IMG/VR virus record: IMGVR_UViG_3300013383_000004
Span: 1-64,000 of that record
From: a virus
Lineage: Duplodnaviria > Caudoviricetes
Direction: 5' to 3' (one strand)
DNA length: 64,000 nt
A program made the translations under genes and the position numbers. Numbering within the stretch: the first letter of the stretch is position 1; each line of letters begins with the position of its first letter. This document shows, one piece after another, positions 1-10,264 of this stretch. The notes below the pieces were generated by a model. That model had not been told where the DNA came from and did not search any database. It worked only from the letters and a program-made list of their open reading frames with translations.

Positions 1-11
1 TGTTCTTTACG

Positions 12-314
12 TCAATCTCCATTTTCTATTAACCAATTAATATCAATTGCATATACAGGGTTATTCATCTCCTCCACATAGTCAAGAAGATATGCGTTGT
101 CATCAAATCCTTCCTTATCCATATATTTTTGAACTTCGGGCCATGGAATTAGGTTATACAAAGAAATTGATTTCAACATCCACTTTACACCTGCTTTAAA
201 ATCCTCCTCACAAGCTTCTTTTATCTCCTTGATAGAAATAGGATAATTCTCATCCTCAAGGCGGTTTATCATATACTCGTGAGCTGCTTTCTCTAAAAAT
301 TCTTTATTCATCAT
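12..314 (-). CDS. hypothetical phage protein
   Basis: 100 aa ORF co-oriented with the minus-strand arm. Confidence 0.6.
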   Translation of the reverse strand: MMNKEFLEKAAHEYMINRLEDENYPISIKEIKEACEEDFKAGVKWMLKSISLYNLIPWPEVQKYMDKEGFDDNAYLLDYVEEMNNPVYAIDINWLIENGD

Positions 315-484
315 TCATTTTTATTTTCAATTATTCCAAAAGGACTTCCATCCATAAAATGATATAATTCAGAGGATTCTTTATAGCTTAGATCTCCTTC
401 CCAATTAAAGGTTATTATATTTTCTTCAATGTGATTTGCACTATCAATCACATATGAATCTTCGTTAATCCTTTTAGTCACCAT
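311..484 (-). pseudogene. short ORF/remnant paralogous to the C-terminus of 1260..1652
   Basis: Manual translation MVTKRINED...YHFMDGSPFGIIENKNE*; ends like YEFLDGTPFGIKEEE of the 130 aa ORF. Confidence 0.45.
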
Positions 485-611
485 ACTTCTGAAATGCTAT
501 AAGAGCATTACCAGTATTGTGAATACCCTTTCTATTACTTAGAAAAACAAATATATCATTTTTTCCTAACTGGTAGTCATCAGATAGTCTCCTTTCATAT
601 ATCTTCTCCAT
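474..611 (-). pseudogene. truncated remnant resembling the N-terminus of the phage 'IFVFGSNxxGxHGxGAA' (A1S_2505-like) family
   Basis: Manual translation MEKIYERRLSDDYQLGKNDIFVFLSNRKGIHNTGNALIAFQKYGD* (45 aa); family recalled from motif only. Confidence 0.4.
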
Positions 612-904
612 CTTTCAACAAGATTATGTCTACATCCTTGTAACCAACTATATAGACTGATATAGTCTACATGTTTTAAATTAGCATTATTCCATTCAAA
701 GAACTCTTCTTTAGACATATTATTCTCTAATATTAGAATCATATCTTCTACAGTAAGAAAGGATGTGATACCAAAATCACATACTCCTCCTATTCTATCA
801 GAAACCCATCTATAAGAATGTTCTGAATCAAATAAGTGCTTATTAATAGAATCTGCAATCTTATTACAGGTGTCCTTATATAGTTTTACTAATTCATCAT
901 TCAT
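566..904 (-). CDS. hypothetical protein
   Basis: 112 aa ORF, overlaps neighbours as in an operon. Confidence 0.6.
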   Translation of the reverse strand: MNDELVKLYKDTCNKIADSINKHLFDSEHSYRWVSDRIGGVCDFGITSFLTVEDMILILENNMSKEEFFEWNNANLKHVDYISLYSWLQGCRHNLVERWRRYMKGDYLMTTS

Positions 905-1256
905 AATCCAATAAATAATTCATTTGCATTCCAAAGAGGAAATGTTGTAGTTCGTGAATATAGGATATTTCTATTATTGGTTTATGATTGAGCATTAATT
1001 GCCATTTTCCATTTATCAAATAGTATATATCAAGGAATGTGCTCCCCTTGCTTTTATAATGTCCATTCACTATTTCTTCCCATTCATTATTTATTAGAAT
1101 TTCCTTTGTTATATTAATTGGCTTGAGATCTTTCTCATCAATATAATTAATATCACCGTCTTGACTACTCCACACTGTGTAGTAGCCAAAGCCTACTGCT
1201 ATTATTTTTACAATATCATCTTTTAATAACAAAATGTCTCCTACAATGTATTTCAT
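897..1256 (-). CDS. hypothetical protein (Bacteroidota phage family ending YIHELQH)
   Basis: 119 aa ORF; GDI...PI.IT.EIL..N...HELQH pattern. Confidence 0.6.
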   Translation of the reverse strand: MKYIVGDILLLKDDIVKIIAVGFGYYTVWSSQDGDINYIDEKDLKPINITKEILINNEWEEIVNGHYKSKGSTFLDIYYLINGKWQLMLNHKPIIEISYIHELQHFLFGMQMNYLLDYE

Positions 1257-1259
1257 AAT

Positions 1260-1652
1260 TCATTCTTCTTCTTTTATTCCGAATGGTGTTCCATCCAAAA
1301 ACTCATAATCTACTGCTGCTTTAAGGAATGATATTTCACCGCTTGAAGGTGAATAAAATCCATCATTGTTTACACGGGTTATTTGGAACTGTGTGTCATC
1401 TATTTTTTCTTTTTCTTGAATCCAAAGCATTGGCTCATGCTTCTTCACCTCATTCCAAAACTCCTCTTTGCTCTTAAATGGCTGATATTGGGGGTTTGGT
1501 TTAATACGATAAATACAAGGGATGCTTAATCTTATATCATTTTCATCTAAATTATACCAATTATTGCTACCTTTAAGACTCCATTGTATTTCTTTACCAG
1601 CAGCATATGCTTGTAAAACAGGCAGCATCTTCTTTACTTCTTCTCTTGTCAT
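1260..1652 (-). CDS. hypothetical protein
   Basis: 130 aa; MTREE..LP..QAYA.GK.IQ, YRIKP, DGTPFG motifs typical of Bacteroidota phage small proteins. Confidence 0.7.
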   Translation of the reverse strand: MTREEVKKMLPVLQAYAAGKEIQWSLKGSNNWYNLDENDIRLSIPCIYRIKPNPQYQPFKSKEEFWNEVKKHEPMLWIQEKEKIDDTQFQITRVNNDGFYSPSSGEISFLKAAVDYEFLDGTPFGIKEEE

Positions 1653-1832
1653 GATAGTTTATTTTTTGTTCCCATAATTGTTTTGAATTTTATGATTGTT
1701 CGGTAGGAATATATCAAAATAAGATGTCAGAAAAATCAAGACTATTCATTTGATTTTAGCAAATCAAAGAAATGACTTTGACAAAGCAAACCGTCCTAAA
1801 AGAAGTGAATATTTCCACCGAACACACATAAT

Positions 1833-2255
1833 TTAATTCCACCAAGATTTTGTTTTCTCTTCTCGAATTTTCCAATATAACCTCCAGCATTTCTCCTCGT
1901 ACCAGTCATATTGAAACATTCTATCATTTGCTTTCTTTTCCCAAATAGAACCTTTAGGAGCATTCTTCATATTAATATAAAGAATAGGCTGGTTTACCTT
2001 ATATTCATATGCCCAATAATCAGTTACTTTATCTATTTGTCTAAGAAGATTAACAGCAAGTCTTAAATATCTTGCAGAATCTACATCAGAAATAACAATA
2101 TGAGATTGTTCATAATAATTTCTCATTTCTAACATTGCTGTTTTCTCTAACTCCATTAGAAACCAGTAATCATATGGTCTGAATTTCCAGACAACAGGGA
2201 AAAAAGTAATAAGATTATAAATATTCTCTTTTAATTGTCTAAACCATTTTATCAT
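1833..2255 (-). CDS. hypothetical protein
   Basis: 140 aa ORF. Confidence 0.6.
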   Translation of the reverse strand: MIKWFRQLKENIYNLITFFPVVWKFRPYDYWFLMELEKTAMLEMRNYYEQSHIVISDVDSARYLRLAVNLLRQIDKVTDYWAYEYKVNQPILYINMKNAPKGSIWEKKANDRMFQYDWYEEKCWRLYWKIREEKTKSWWN

Positions 2256-2362
2256 TTCTCACTGTTTTTTCGTGAATAAGTTGTTTGTCGTCTTGTTCCT
2301 ACATCAAACCATAACAAGATAATCAACTGCTTCTTGAATATCTCTATCTACACTCCATTCCA

Positions 2363-2812
2363 TCATCCAAAATTAGTAAATGTGCTAAATTTTAATCCAT
2401 TAGTATAATAGAACTTCTCTATACATAATTCATTTATATCTTCCTTAGTATAAAGAGAATCTTTAATTTCAGATATAAATTCTTCTAATGTAAGTCTATG
2501 ATTATAATCATTTAAAATGACAACATTCTTCAATGCTTCTTTAATATCTTCTATATTAATATTTACTTCTAATTCTTTTGGTTGAACAAGATTAATAATA
2601 GAAGGGCCATCCCAAATAAATTGTCTATTATCTTCTTTCTTACCTAAATGTATCTTCTTAGGGATAAGTATATCAAACTGCTCTTCATATGTTTCCCAGA
2701 CATCTGGAATGCTGCAATCATTACGTTGAAAATCAGCACTCATGTCAGCAGCAAGATTTACTATATCATTAACTTGGTCTTTACTAATTGTATAATATGC
2801 GTAATAATTCAT
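2363..2812 (-). CDS. hypothetical protein
   Basis: 149 aa ORF. Confidence 0.6.
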   Translation of the reverse strand: MNYYAYYTISKDQVNDIVNLAADMSADFQRNDCSIPDVWETYEEQFDILIPKKIHLGKKEDNRQFIWDGPSIINLVQPKELEVNINIEDIKEALKNVVILNDYNHRLTLEEFISEIKDSLYTKEDINELCIEKFYYTNGLKFSTFTNFG

Positions 2813-3033
2813 TCTTTTATAATTTCAAAATCATCAATATTCCAATCTTTATATTTATCACATGGAAGATCTACTTGTGAGAGGACCTCATCTCTGAAGT
2901 CCTCCTCATTACTAATATCTACAGAAACTGTCTTACTCATTGTAAGAGATATAGTAACATCCATTGGAGTAGTTTTATCATTCCAAGGAGCACTATCTTC
3001 TTCTGATTGAGTTAAAATAGGTGTATTACTCAT
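2809..3033 (-). CDS. hypothetical protein
   Basis: 74 aa ORF with ATGA-type overlaps. Confidence 0.6.
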   Translation of the reverse strand: MSNTPILTQSEEDSAPWNDKTTPMDVTISLTMSKTVSVDISNEEDFRDEVLSQVDLPCDKYKDWNIDDFEIIKE

Positions 3034-3215
3034 ATTCTATTCTTCTTAACTACAGCATCTAATATTTCTAAAGCTTTTCTAAGAGTTTTCTTTTGGGCTA
3101 TTGTACAATTATTTAATTCCTCATACTCTTGCTCAAAAAGATATGATCTAAAGGAATTAGCCATATTTAAAGTTTCCTTGGCTTTTGTTTTAATATTTAC
3201 TCTAATTTCACTCAT
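3030..3215 (-). CDS. hypothetical protein
   Basis: 61 aa ORF with overlaps. Confidence 0.55.
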   Translation of the reverse strand: MSEIRVNIKTKAKETLNMANSFRSYLFEQEYEELNNCTIAQKKTLRKALEILDAVVKKNRI

Positions 3216-3519
3216 TGTAATCTTGTTTATTTAACCATATAATTGTCATAATAGCATAATTAGCCATATCTAGTAAAGTATCTTTAATAGACTCATCTTT
3301 TACTTTAGCTTCCTTTTTAATAAGAGATTTGAATCTATTAATTTTATCTCCTAGTCTTATTGCTGAAGCAGTCACTCCAAACTCATTAAGGGACTGTTCA
3401 AAACTATTGCCATAATCATGATTCTTAGTAGCATAAATATGCTCCATTTTTTGAACAATAGAGTCAAATTGTTCAATATTATCATATTTAATTAACTTCT
3501 CACCTTCTATATTTTCCAT
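3208..3519 (-). CDS. DUF1599 / nucleotide-modification-associated domain protein
   Basis: KNHDYGNSF...IRLGDKINR...DESIKDTLLDMANYAIM signature. Confidence 0.75.
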   Translation of the reverse strand: MENIEGEKLIKYDNIEQFDSIVQKMEHIYATKNHDYGNSFEQSLNEFGVTASAIRLGDKINRFKSLIKKEAKVKDESIKDTLLDMANYAIMTIIWLNKQDYNE

Positions 3520-3540
3520 ATTAAATACTTTTATAAATAA

Positions 3541-6451
3541 TTAATGAATCCAATGATCACTTACTTCCGCTTCTGCTGGAATGGGTAGTGATTTGCAAAA
3601 TTTAGCTGCTGCTTTTTCCATAATACTTTCCAGCTTTTTAGGAAATTCTTTTATTTCCTTAGGATAATCACAACAAATTTCATCATGTACACTTGCACAT
3701 ATATTAATAGTGCCAAAATAACCTCTATCAACTATCCAATTAAATAAATCAGTCATTGCAGTCTTCATAATAATAGCTCCAGTACCTTGTGTTACACTAT
3801 TTCTAGCTAATCTATCATATTTACCTGCTGCTTGAAAATGTTTTCTTACCATTACAGCTACATCATCATTAGTTCCTTTATGGTATAATCTGTATTCTTC
3901 CCAAAACTCTGGTGTGAATGATTTTTGTTTTTCTTTCCATTTATTCCAATCCCACCAATACATCTTATGTCCTGTAATAGGGTTTATAAGAATATACCCA
4001 TGAGACCTGACAAACTTTGAGCCTCTTTTAGCAAAAGAAGACATTCCTATAAAAGCCTTATCAAGAGTATTGATGTAATTCTGTGCTTCTTCAACAGTAC
4101 AATTTGCAGAATTACTAATAGTTGGGGCAGCTGCTCCAAACATATATGCAAACTCCACACTCTTCACTTTTTTTCTCCATTGAGGAGCAAGTTTTTTAAC
4201 ATCTGCAACACTCTTACATCCACAACTTTCACATTCTTTACGAAAAACCATCCATGCAAACATTGAATGAGTGTCCCCAGAACCTTCTATAAATTCCTTT
4301 AAAAACTCTTTGTCTTGATAAATATCTGCACCAAGTCTTGACTCTTCAGCACTAAAATCTGCACTTACAAAATTATATCCTTGAGGAGCTACAAAGGATG
4401 CTCTGGTTAATTCATCAGATGGTAGCTGTTGAATATTAGGATATGTACATTTAGAAGGCTTTACTTTATTTATTTTTGCTAAAGTTTCATTAGACTGTTG
4501 TGATCCACAAGACATCCTCACCGCTCTTACGGTGGACTATACATTTACCATATAGTAACTTACAACTGTTACTACTTAGGTATTCCGTTTCTAGTCTCTG
4601 CACCTTCCAATTATAGGCTTGGCTCAGTCTAATGGTATAGCCTCCCCTTGACTGAATTTACGGAATAATACTCATTCAGTTTCCTGAATGATGGGCAGAA
4701 ATTTATCGTGTTTTCTTTTTAGAAAATACGAGCTACCTTTATATAATTTATAATAGACTTTCTTTAAATCTGATTTTTGAAGTATATTAATTTTGTATAA
4801 ATTTCCCTCTTTATAAATATGTGCTTTTAGACCTTCTGATATATAGAAATCATACAATTGATATGTGAATTTTTCACTTACAGATACTATTTCAAATTTC
4901 CATGAATTGCATCTTTTATCTTTTACTAAGCATCCATCACCATCAAAAGCCCCTCTTATAATGCTCCAGTTTATATATGGAAGCTCTAATATGAATGTTT
5001 TATTAGGTACATTTTAGAATCATAGTCTTTAAGGGTGTACCCTATAATATGCATATTCTTCAATCTTGTATGTCTTATTACTCCATATTTTCTCAACCTA
5101 TCAATAATTCCAGATTTAGATACTTTTAAATAATTGGCTATATATGTACTACTATAACCATTCTTATACATCTTTAATATTACATCATCAAATTGTCTAA
5201 TGTTCTTCATACCTTCAATAATTTTATTGCAAAAATAACAATAAAATTTTGATTTGTATTTATGCATTAATACAGTCCTTATACATTATAAGAGTTTCAT
5301 TTACCCGATGCTGCTCCTAGTTGCTTATAGATAGTGTGTATTCTACCATCAACAGGACAAACAGCATTAAGATGGCCTTGTCCAAAAGATGTTACTACTT
5401 TTTTATATTCTTGGTAATCAAAATATAAATTAAGAAACTCATCACATATTCCCTTTTGTCCTCTAAGTTGCTTTTCAATAACACTATCAGAATCTTCTCC
5501 AGTTTTTTTATTTTTAATAATAGTATTAAATCCTAGTATTTTAGCAATTTCTACTACTTGTATAGGAGAGGACCAATTAATAGTAACTTTTGGCTCTAAA
5601 GAAAATCCATTAAATAAATCTCCTTGTCTATCAATATAAAGATATTTAGAGAAAGTATTAGGTGAGATAAATTCATAAAAAGTATTGCCTATATCATCCT
5701 TTGTAGGTCTTTTATATCCTTCCTTAGATAATTTTATAATAAAATCATTTAAAACTGAAACAGCCTTTTCTAAAGACTCTTTATCTTTAATCATTTTATT
5801 CTTCCATTTATCTATATCTAATTTAATACCACACCATTCAAGATATGCTATTGCAGGAACAGCATCACACTCTAATTTAGCTCCTATGATACATCCTTGC
5901 CTCTTACAATCATTTATTTGAGATTTCATAATATCATATAAATAAACTACATCAGAAGCAGCATATTCTATTACTTTTTCATCAAGTCCTCTCCATATAA
6001 TTTGTCCCCTAATAGTTTTATCAATATCTATCCCTAACCTTCTTTTTGCTATAGCTTTAAGACTGTATGATACAGTACCACTAGGATAACCAAGATGTAG
6101 AAGTTGTTCTACAATCATAGTATCATATATTTTTCTAGGTACTATATTATAATTATAAAAGAATTGCAAATCAAATTTTCCATTTTGAAAAATAAGATAT
6201 TTACTCTCTAGTATCTCTTTATAATACCTTATATTTATAGTAGAACAATCAATTACTATTTGTATAGTTTTATCATCATTTCCAAATTGTACACATAACA
6301 ATTTATCCAATTTAGCAAAAGTACCATTAGTTTCTGTATCACATTGTATTATATCCCAATGTTTAAGTAGTTCTATAGATTTCTTAATATCAATGATTTT
6401 ATATGTTTCACTATTTATAAAAGAAGCCTGACTAGTAACTAAATATATCAT
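3541..6451 (-). CDS. polA: family A DNA polymerase, two exons (6451-5303, 4518-3541), 708 aa spliced
   Basis: Exonuclease motifs DTET, FQNGKFD, YAASD; motif A ADFSAEESR, motif B RKKVKSVEFAYMFG, motif C VHDE; splicing restores GAASG|RMS (the TGRLS motif). Confidence 0.9.
4519..5302 (-). mobile_element. group I intron in polA (784 nt), endonuclease ORF in the P1 loop
   Basis: Exon ends in U (GGT), intron ends in G; IGS TTCTGCCC near 4693-4700 gives the U.G pair and P10; P2 CATTCAG-GAAA-CTGAATG; P3 TATTCCGT/ACGGAATA; R GTGCAGAGACTA; S TATAGTCC. Confidence 0.9.
4672..5267 (-). pseudogene. disrupted HTH-LAGLIDADG homing endonuclease
   Basis: HTH-like N-terminus in one frame (5267-4986); VPNKTFILELPYINWSIIRGAFDGDG...FLKRK in another frame continuous with 4857-4672. 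Confidence 0.75.
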
Positions 6452-6457
6452 TATAAT

Positions 6458-6955
6458 TTAATTTTTTGTATATACTTCTAGTGATTTAAAATCAATAATA
6501 TATTTATATTTTTGTAAAAAATCAGTTCCTAAAAGTCCGTGAATTTCTACACCAGTATTATCCTTAATATATCCTACAGTATCTTCCAGCTCTTTTGATA
6601 TGGATAATTGAATTTGATATTCCTTACTAAGACAATCCTTAAATACAGCAGAACATATTGTTACTCCTTGATTCATTGCTCCTAAACCTGCAATTTGTGT
6701 GGTTGTATTAGATCCAATGTGTGTACACTTTATATCCTTTACAACAGAATAGCAGATATGGGATATATTACTTCCTGTATCAATAAGAAAATTAAGAGCT
6801 ATTCCATTATTTGATAAGGTAATAATAGGTAAATCCCCAGGCATATATTTTTTAAGAGAAATACTCTTTTGATTCATCCTATTATTACTTATAAAAATAT
6901 TAATAATGTTACCTACAACAGCTGCTCCTGCTAATATCAAAATAGTTTCTATCAT
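6458..6955 (-). CDS. retropepsin-like aspartyl protease with N-terminal TM segment
   Basis: FLIDTGSN catalytic motif and GLLGTDFL motif. Confidence 0.8.
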   Translation of the reverse strand: MIETILILAGAAVVGNIINIFISNNRMNQKSISLKKYMPGDLPIITLSNNGIALNFLIDTGSNISHICYSVVKDIKCTHIGSNTTTQIAGLGAMNQGVTICSAVFKDCLSKEYQIQLSISKELEDTVGYIKDNTGVEIHGLLGTDFLQKYKYIIDFKSLEVYTKN

Positions 6956-7479
6956 TATTTTACTCCTGTTTTACCATGCCCTCCTCTAGGCTTATTATTT
7001 AAATTATTAACCCACTTAAACTTAATTCTACTTGAAAATACCCATTTAATTTTTTGCCAAATTGTAGCAAATTGATTAGGCTTTATTTCAAACTGACAGA
7101 TTCTGTCTCCTTTATGAATTGTAGTTTTATCTATTGCAAAGCAATAAAACATCCATTCATCTGTATTCCCACAATAAGATGTATCAATAAATCCAGAAGT
7201 AGCCATTAACACTCTAAGTTTCTTTGTAGTAGAACTTCTTTGTCTAATAATAGCACTATAACCTTTAGGTAACTGCATAGCAATTCCTAACTTAATGAGT
7301 TTTTCATCAAATCTAATATTATTATTATTATCTATTTGGGGAGCACTAAATTCATAATCTTCTGCTGCTCTTAAATCTATACAATCTCCAATAGGGTTAA
7401 TAAAAGGGATTAAATTATCTTTTTCATCTTTAGCTTCTGTATAAAGCCCTTTAGTTAATTCTTTTATTTTAATTATCAT
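6955..7479 (-). CDS. dut: trimeric dUTPase
   Basis: IDLRA, RSS, GFIDTSYCG, GDRICQ, RGGHGKTG; likely start ATG 7479. Confidence 0.9.
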   Translation of the reverse strand: MIIKIKELTKGLYTEAKDEKDNLIPFINPIGDCIDLRAAEDYEFSAPQIDNNNNIRFDEKLIKLGIAMQLPKGYSAIIRQRSSTTKKLRVLMATSGFIDTSYCGNTDEWMFYCFAIDKTTIHKGDRICQFEIKPNQFATIWQKIKWVFSSRIKFKWVNNLNNKPRGGHGKTGVK

Positions 7480-7654
7480 TTTTAAATCCTTTAATAATTG
7501 GTTGTTCTTTTGTTGTAAACAATGATACAGTATCATTGTTTGATGTTGTATACTTATATTTATATATGAGTATACTAAAGAAGGTAACAGAAACAGTTCT
7601 CACTGCCTTATTACCTTCTTTATATTCTTCTATACTAATTTTGATCATTTCCAA
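7469..7654 (-). CDS. hypothetical protein
   Basis: 61 aa ORF filling the gap between nrdG and dut. Confidence 0.5.
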   Translation of the reverse strand: MEMIKISIEEYKEGNKAVRTVSVTFFSILIYKYKYTTSNNDTVSLFTTKEQPIIKGFKNDN

Positions 7655-8115
7655 AATTTGGATGTTATATCTTTAGTAAAAACTTTTCCTTTAATAATAT
7701 CTACCTTTAGCATAACTTGATTAGTAGTTTTACTATTAAGTGGTCCTCTTTCTTTAATATAAGGACCTAATTTTATATAATTAAAATTATGTAAATCAAT
7801 GTCTTTACTAATTTCTTGTTTACCACTATACCATCCTACTTTAAGTTCTGGATAATATTCTTTAATATCTTGTGCTATGTCATTTACTTCACTAGGATTA
7901 ACATCCCCTCCCATAATACAAACACAAGTAATGCCTTTATTAGAATCAATAAGATAGGTTAAATTCTCTAAATCTAATGGCAAACCTATATCATCTGATA
8001 AGTAAGGAGAGTGACAACCCTCACAATGACAAGGACAGTTAGTAATATTAATACACAGAGTTACTTCATCAGGAATCTCTGCAAATGTTACTTGTGAATT
8101 AAAATATTTAAGCAT
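7645..8115 (-). CDS. nrdG: anaerobic ribonucleotide reductase activating protein
   Basis: Radical SAM CPCHCEGC, GG motif, adjacent to nrdD. Confidence 0.9.
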   Translation of the reverse strand: MLKYFNSQVTFAEIPDEVTLCINITNCPCHCEGCHSPYLSDDIGLPLDLENLTYLIDSNKGITCVCIMGGDVNPSEVNDIAQDIKEYYPELKVGWYSGKQEISKDIDLHNFNYIKLGPYIKERGPLNSKTTNQVMLKVDIIKGKVFTKDITSKFWK

Positions 8116-10264
8116 CTTTATTAAATTTACTATAAACTCTAGTCTTCTGCTCTATTTGTCTTCCTTTAGACCAATTCTTTATTTTGGTTAAATATCCAAT
8201 TACTCTGTCCCACAATGACACATTAGTAGAACCACACTTAGGACATTTAGTAAAAGGCTGTTTAGCTATATAATGACAGTCTTCACACTCACAATTAGGA
8301 ACATTAAAAGTGAAATATTTGCATCCTACTTCTGCTGCATATTTAAGTAGTTTTCTATATTGCTCTATACTTAAATGAGAATCTAAATTAAGATGAGCAC
8401 TAGAACCTCCATCAAGGTTATCTCCACAGAAATCTCTACCATGAAGATATATTTTATCTAAAATTGATATATTTTTATCATTGGGCTTATAAATATAACT
8501 AGCATAAAGATTAGTATCTGTGGGAGTCCAATATCCATCTTTTTTATCTCTATTATAAAGTTTAATGGCAGCACTTTCACAAGGAGTAAATTCTGTATTA
8601 AACATTAGCTCCTTTGTTTTATGCTTCTGATTTTGCTCTTTAATAGTAGTGAAGATTAAATTACAGAACTTTTTATATTCTTTATTTTTGTTACATTCTA
8701 TTCCTAAGTATTCAGCAGCTTGATTCAATCCATTAATACCTATAGTAAGATATTGTTTCTTCATATTAATGAATCCTGCTTTATACACAGTAAGTAAATT
8801 ACTATCATATAACTCTTTTAGTACTTCATTATAAGCAGTTTGATATTTATATATTCTAGAAAGGATATTTATAATATAGGTTTTCAAAGATATAAAATCC
8901 AGTGGATAATTTCTATTTATGTTATTTTGTCTAACCCAGTCTTGAATTATTCTATTAAAATTAAGAGTAATAACATTCTTTGAACCTGTCATTTCACTAA
9001 GTTGCCCATTAGTGAAATTAAATTGAGGTTTTTCTATTTTGGAGGAAAGCCTACAACAAGAACTCAAACTATCTGCACTATCACTTATATAAGTAAAGAA
9101 AGAATTGCCTTGAGCATATTCTTCACATAGATATTCATAAAGCTCTTTATCTAAGAATTTATTATCTTGATAAATAAGGCAAGCAGATACTACAGGAAAT
9201 GTAAGAATGCACTTTAATCTTTCTTGGTTCAACCAATGTAAAAAGTCTTTTTGTAACCAGTTAATAGAGTTCCATTGTGCCTTAGAGCCATCAGGATAGT
9301 AGAAATCACCATACATAGCATCAAAGAAGGGTTTATCAAATATACTACAATTCCAGAATACTGCTTGATTTCCTCTAGAACCACTAGGTTGCATTAAACT
9401 ATAACATATTTGTTGAAAGTATTGATGAACTTGTTTATGTATAGTTTGTTTTCTGTTTGTATATTCAGAACTTATTATAATATCTTTCTTTTGATAATAA
9501 TTATCTCCCCATTCTTTTCTAAGATACCAGTCCATAGCTACAAAGATTCCCGGAGTGGCTACAGCTCCTTTAAATTGAGCAGCTATTGCAAATACAAGAT
9601 TTACAAACATGCCACAGAAACTATCAATATTTTTAGGAGCTATACTTAAGCCCCCAATATCCTTTATACCATTCAGTATAAAAGGATACATAGTAATAGC
9701 AACACAATAAGGCATTCCTATTTGAGAATTTAAATCATGAGGATAACATATAGTATTAAAGTCATCTCTCATGGCTTTATGATTAAACTCGGGATACAAT
9801 TCCTGTAATTTTAATTCCCAGATTCTAAGGTTTACCTCTGCATTATCCTCTTTATGTATTTCTGAATTAAGTACAGCTATATTATGATTAGAAACATTTG
9901 AGTTATCATCTATAGTGGCATTTGCTGTATTGTCTGATTTTTTATAAGTATTGATAAAATCAATTTTTCTTTGTGCAAAATCTCTAATTTTCTTTCTATG
10001 CTCTCTATATACAATATAAGCTCTAGCTACATCATATGGGGCTATCTCCATTAAAATCTTTTCTACTTCGTTTTGAATAGTCTCAACTCCAATAGTACTG
10101 GCTCCCTTATGATGATTTGGAATTTCATATAATTCTTTAATTACTGATTTACTAAGAATTTTTCCTTGAGCAACATAAGCTTTTCTTACAGCAGTAATTA
10201 TTTTATTTATATCAAAATCCTCAAGTTGATTTCCGTTTTTCTTTGTTCTTTTTAATACTTTCAT
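8108..10264 (-). CDS. nrdD: class III anaerobic ribonucleoside-triphosphate reductase
   Basis: ATP cone, SCCRL, C-terminal Zn site CEDC...CPKC and glycyl radical RVIGYL. Confidence 0.95.
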   Translation of the reverse strand: MKVLKRTKKNGNQLEDFDINKIITAVRKAYVAQGKILSKSVIKELYEIPNHHKGASTIGVETIQNEVEKILMEIAPYDVARAYIVYREHRKKIRDFAQRKIDFINTYKKSDNTANATIDDNSNVSNHNIAVLNSEIHKEDNAEVNLRIWELKLQELYPEFNHKAMRDDFNTICYPHDLNSQIGMPYCVAITMYPFILNGIKDIGGLSIAPKNIDSFCGMFVNLVFAIAAQFKGAVATPGIFVAMDWYLRKEWGDNYYQKKDIIISSEYTNRKQTIHKQVHQYFQQICYSLMQPSGSRGNQAVFWNCSIFDKPFFDAMYGDFYYPDGSKAQWNSINWLQKDFLHWLNQERLKCILTFPVVSACLIYQDNKFLDKELYEYLCEEYAQGNSFFTYISDSADSLSSCCRLSSKIEKPQFNFTNGQLSEMTGSKNVITLNFNRIIQDWVRQNNINRNYPLDFISLKTYIINILSRIYKYQTAYNEVLKELYDSNLLTVYKAGFINMKKQYLTIGINGLNQAAEYLGIECNKNKEYKKFCNLIFTTIKEQNQKHKTKELMFNTEFTPCESAAIKLYNRDKKDGYWTPTDTNLYASYIYKPNDKNISILDKIYLHGRDFCGDNLDGGSSAHLNLDSHLSIEQYRKLLKYAAEVGCKYFTFNVPNCECEDCHYIAKQPFTKCPKCGSTNVSLWDRVIGYLTKIKNWSKGRQIEQKTRVYSKFNKDA

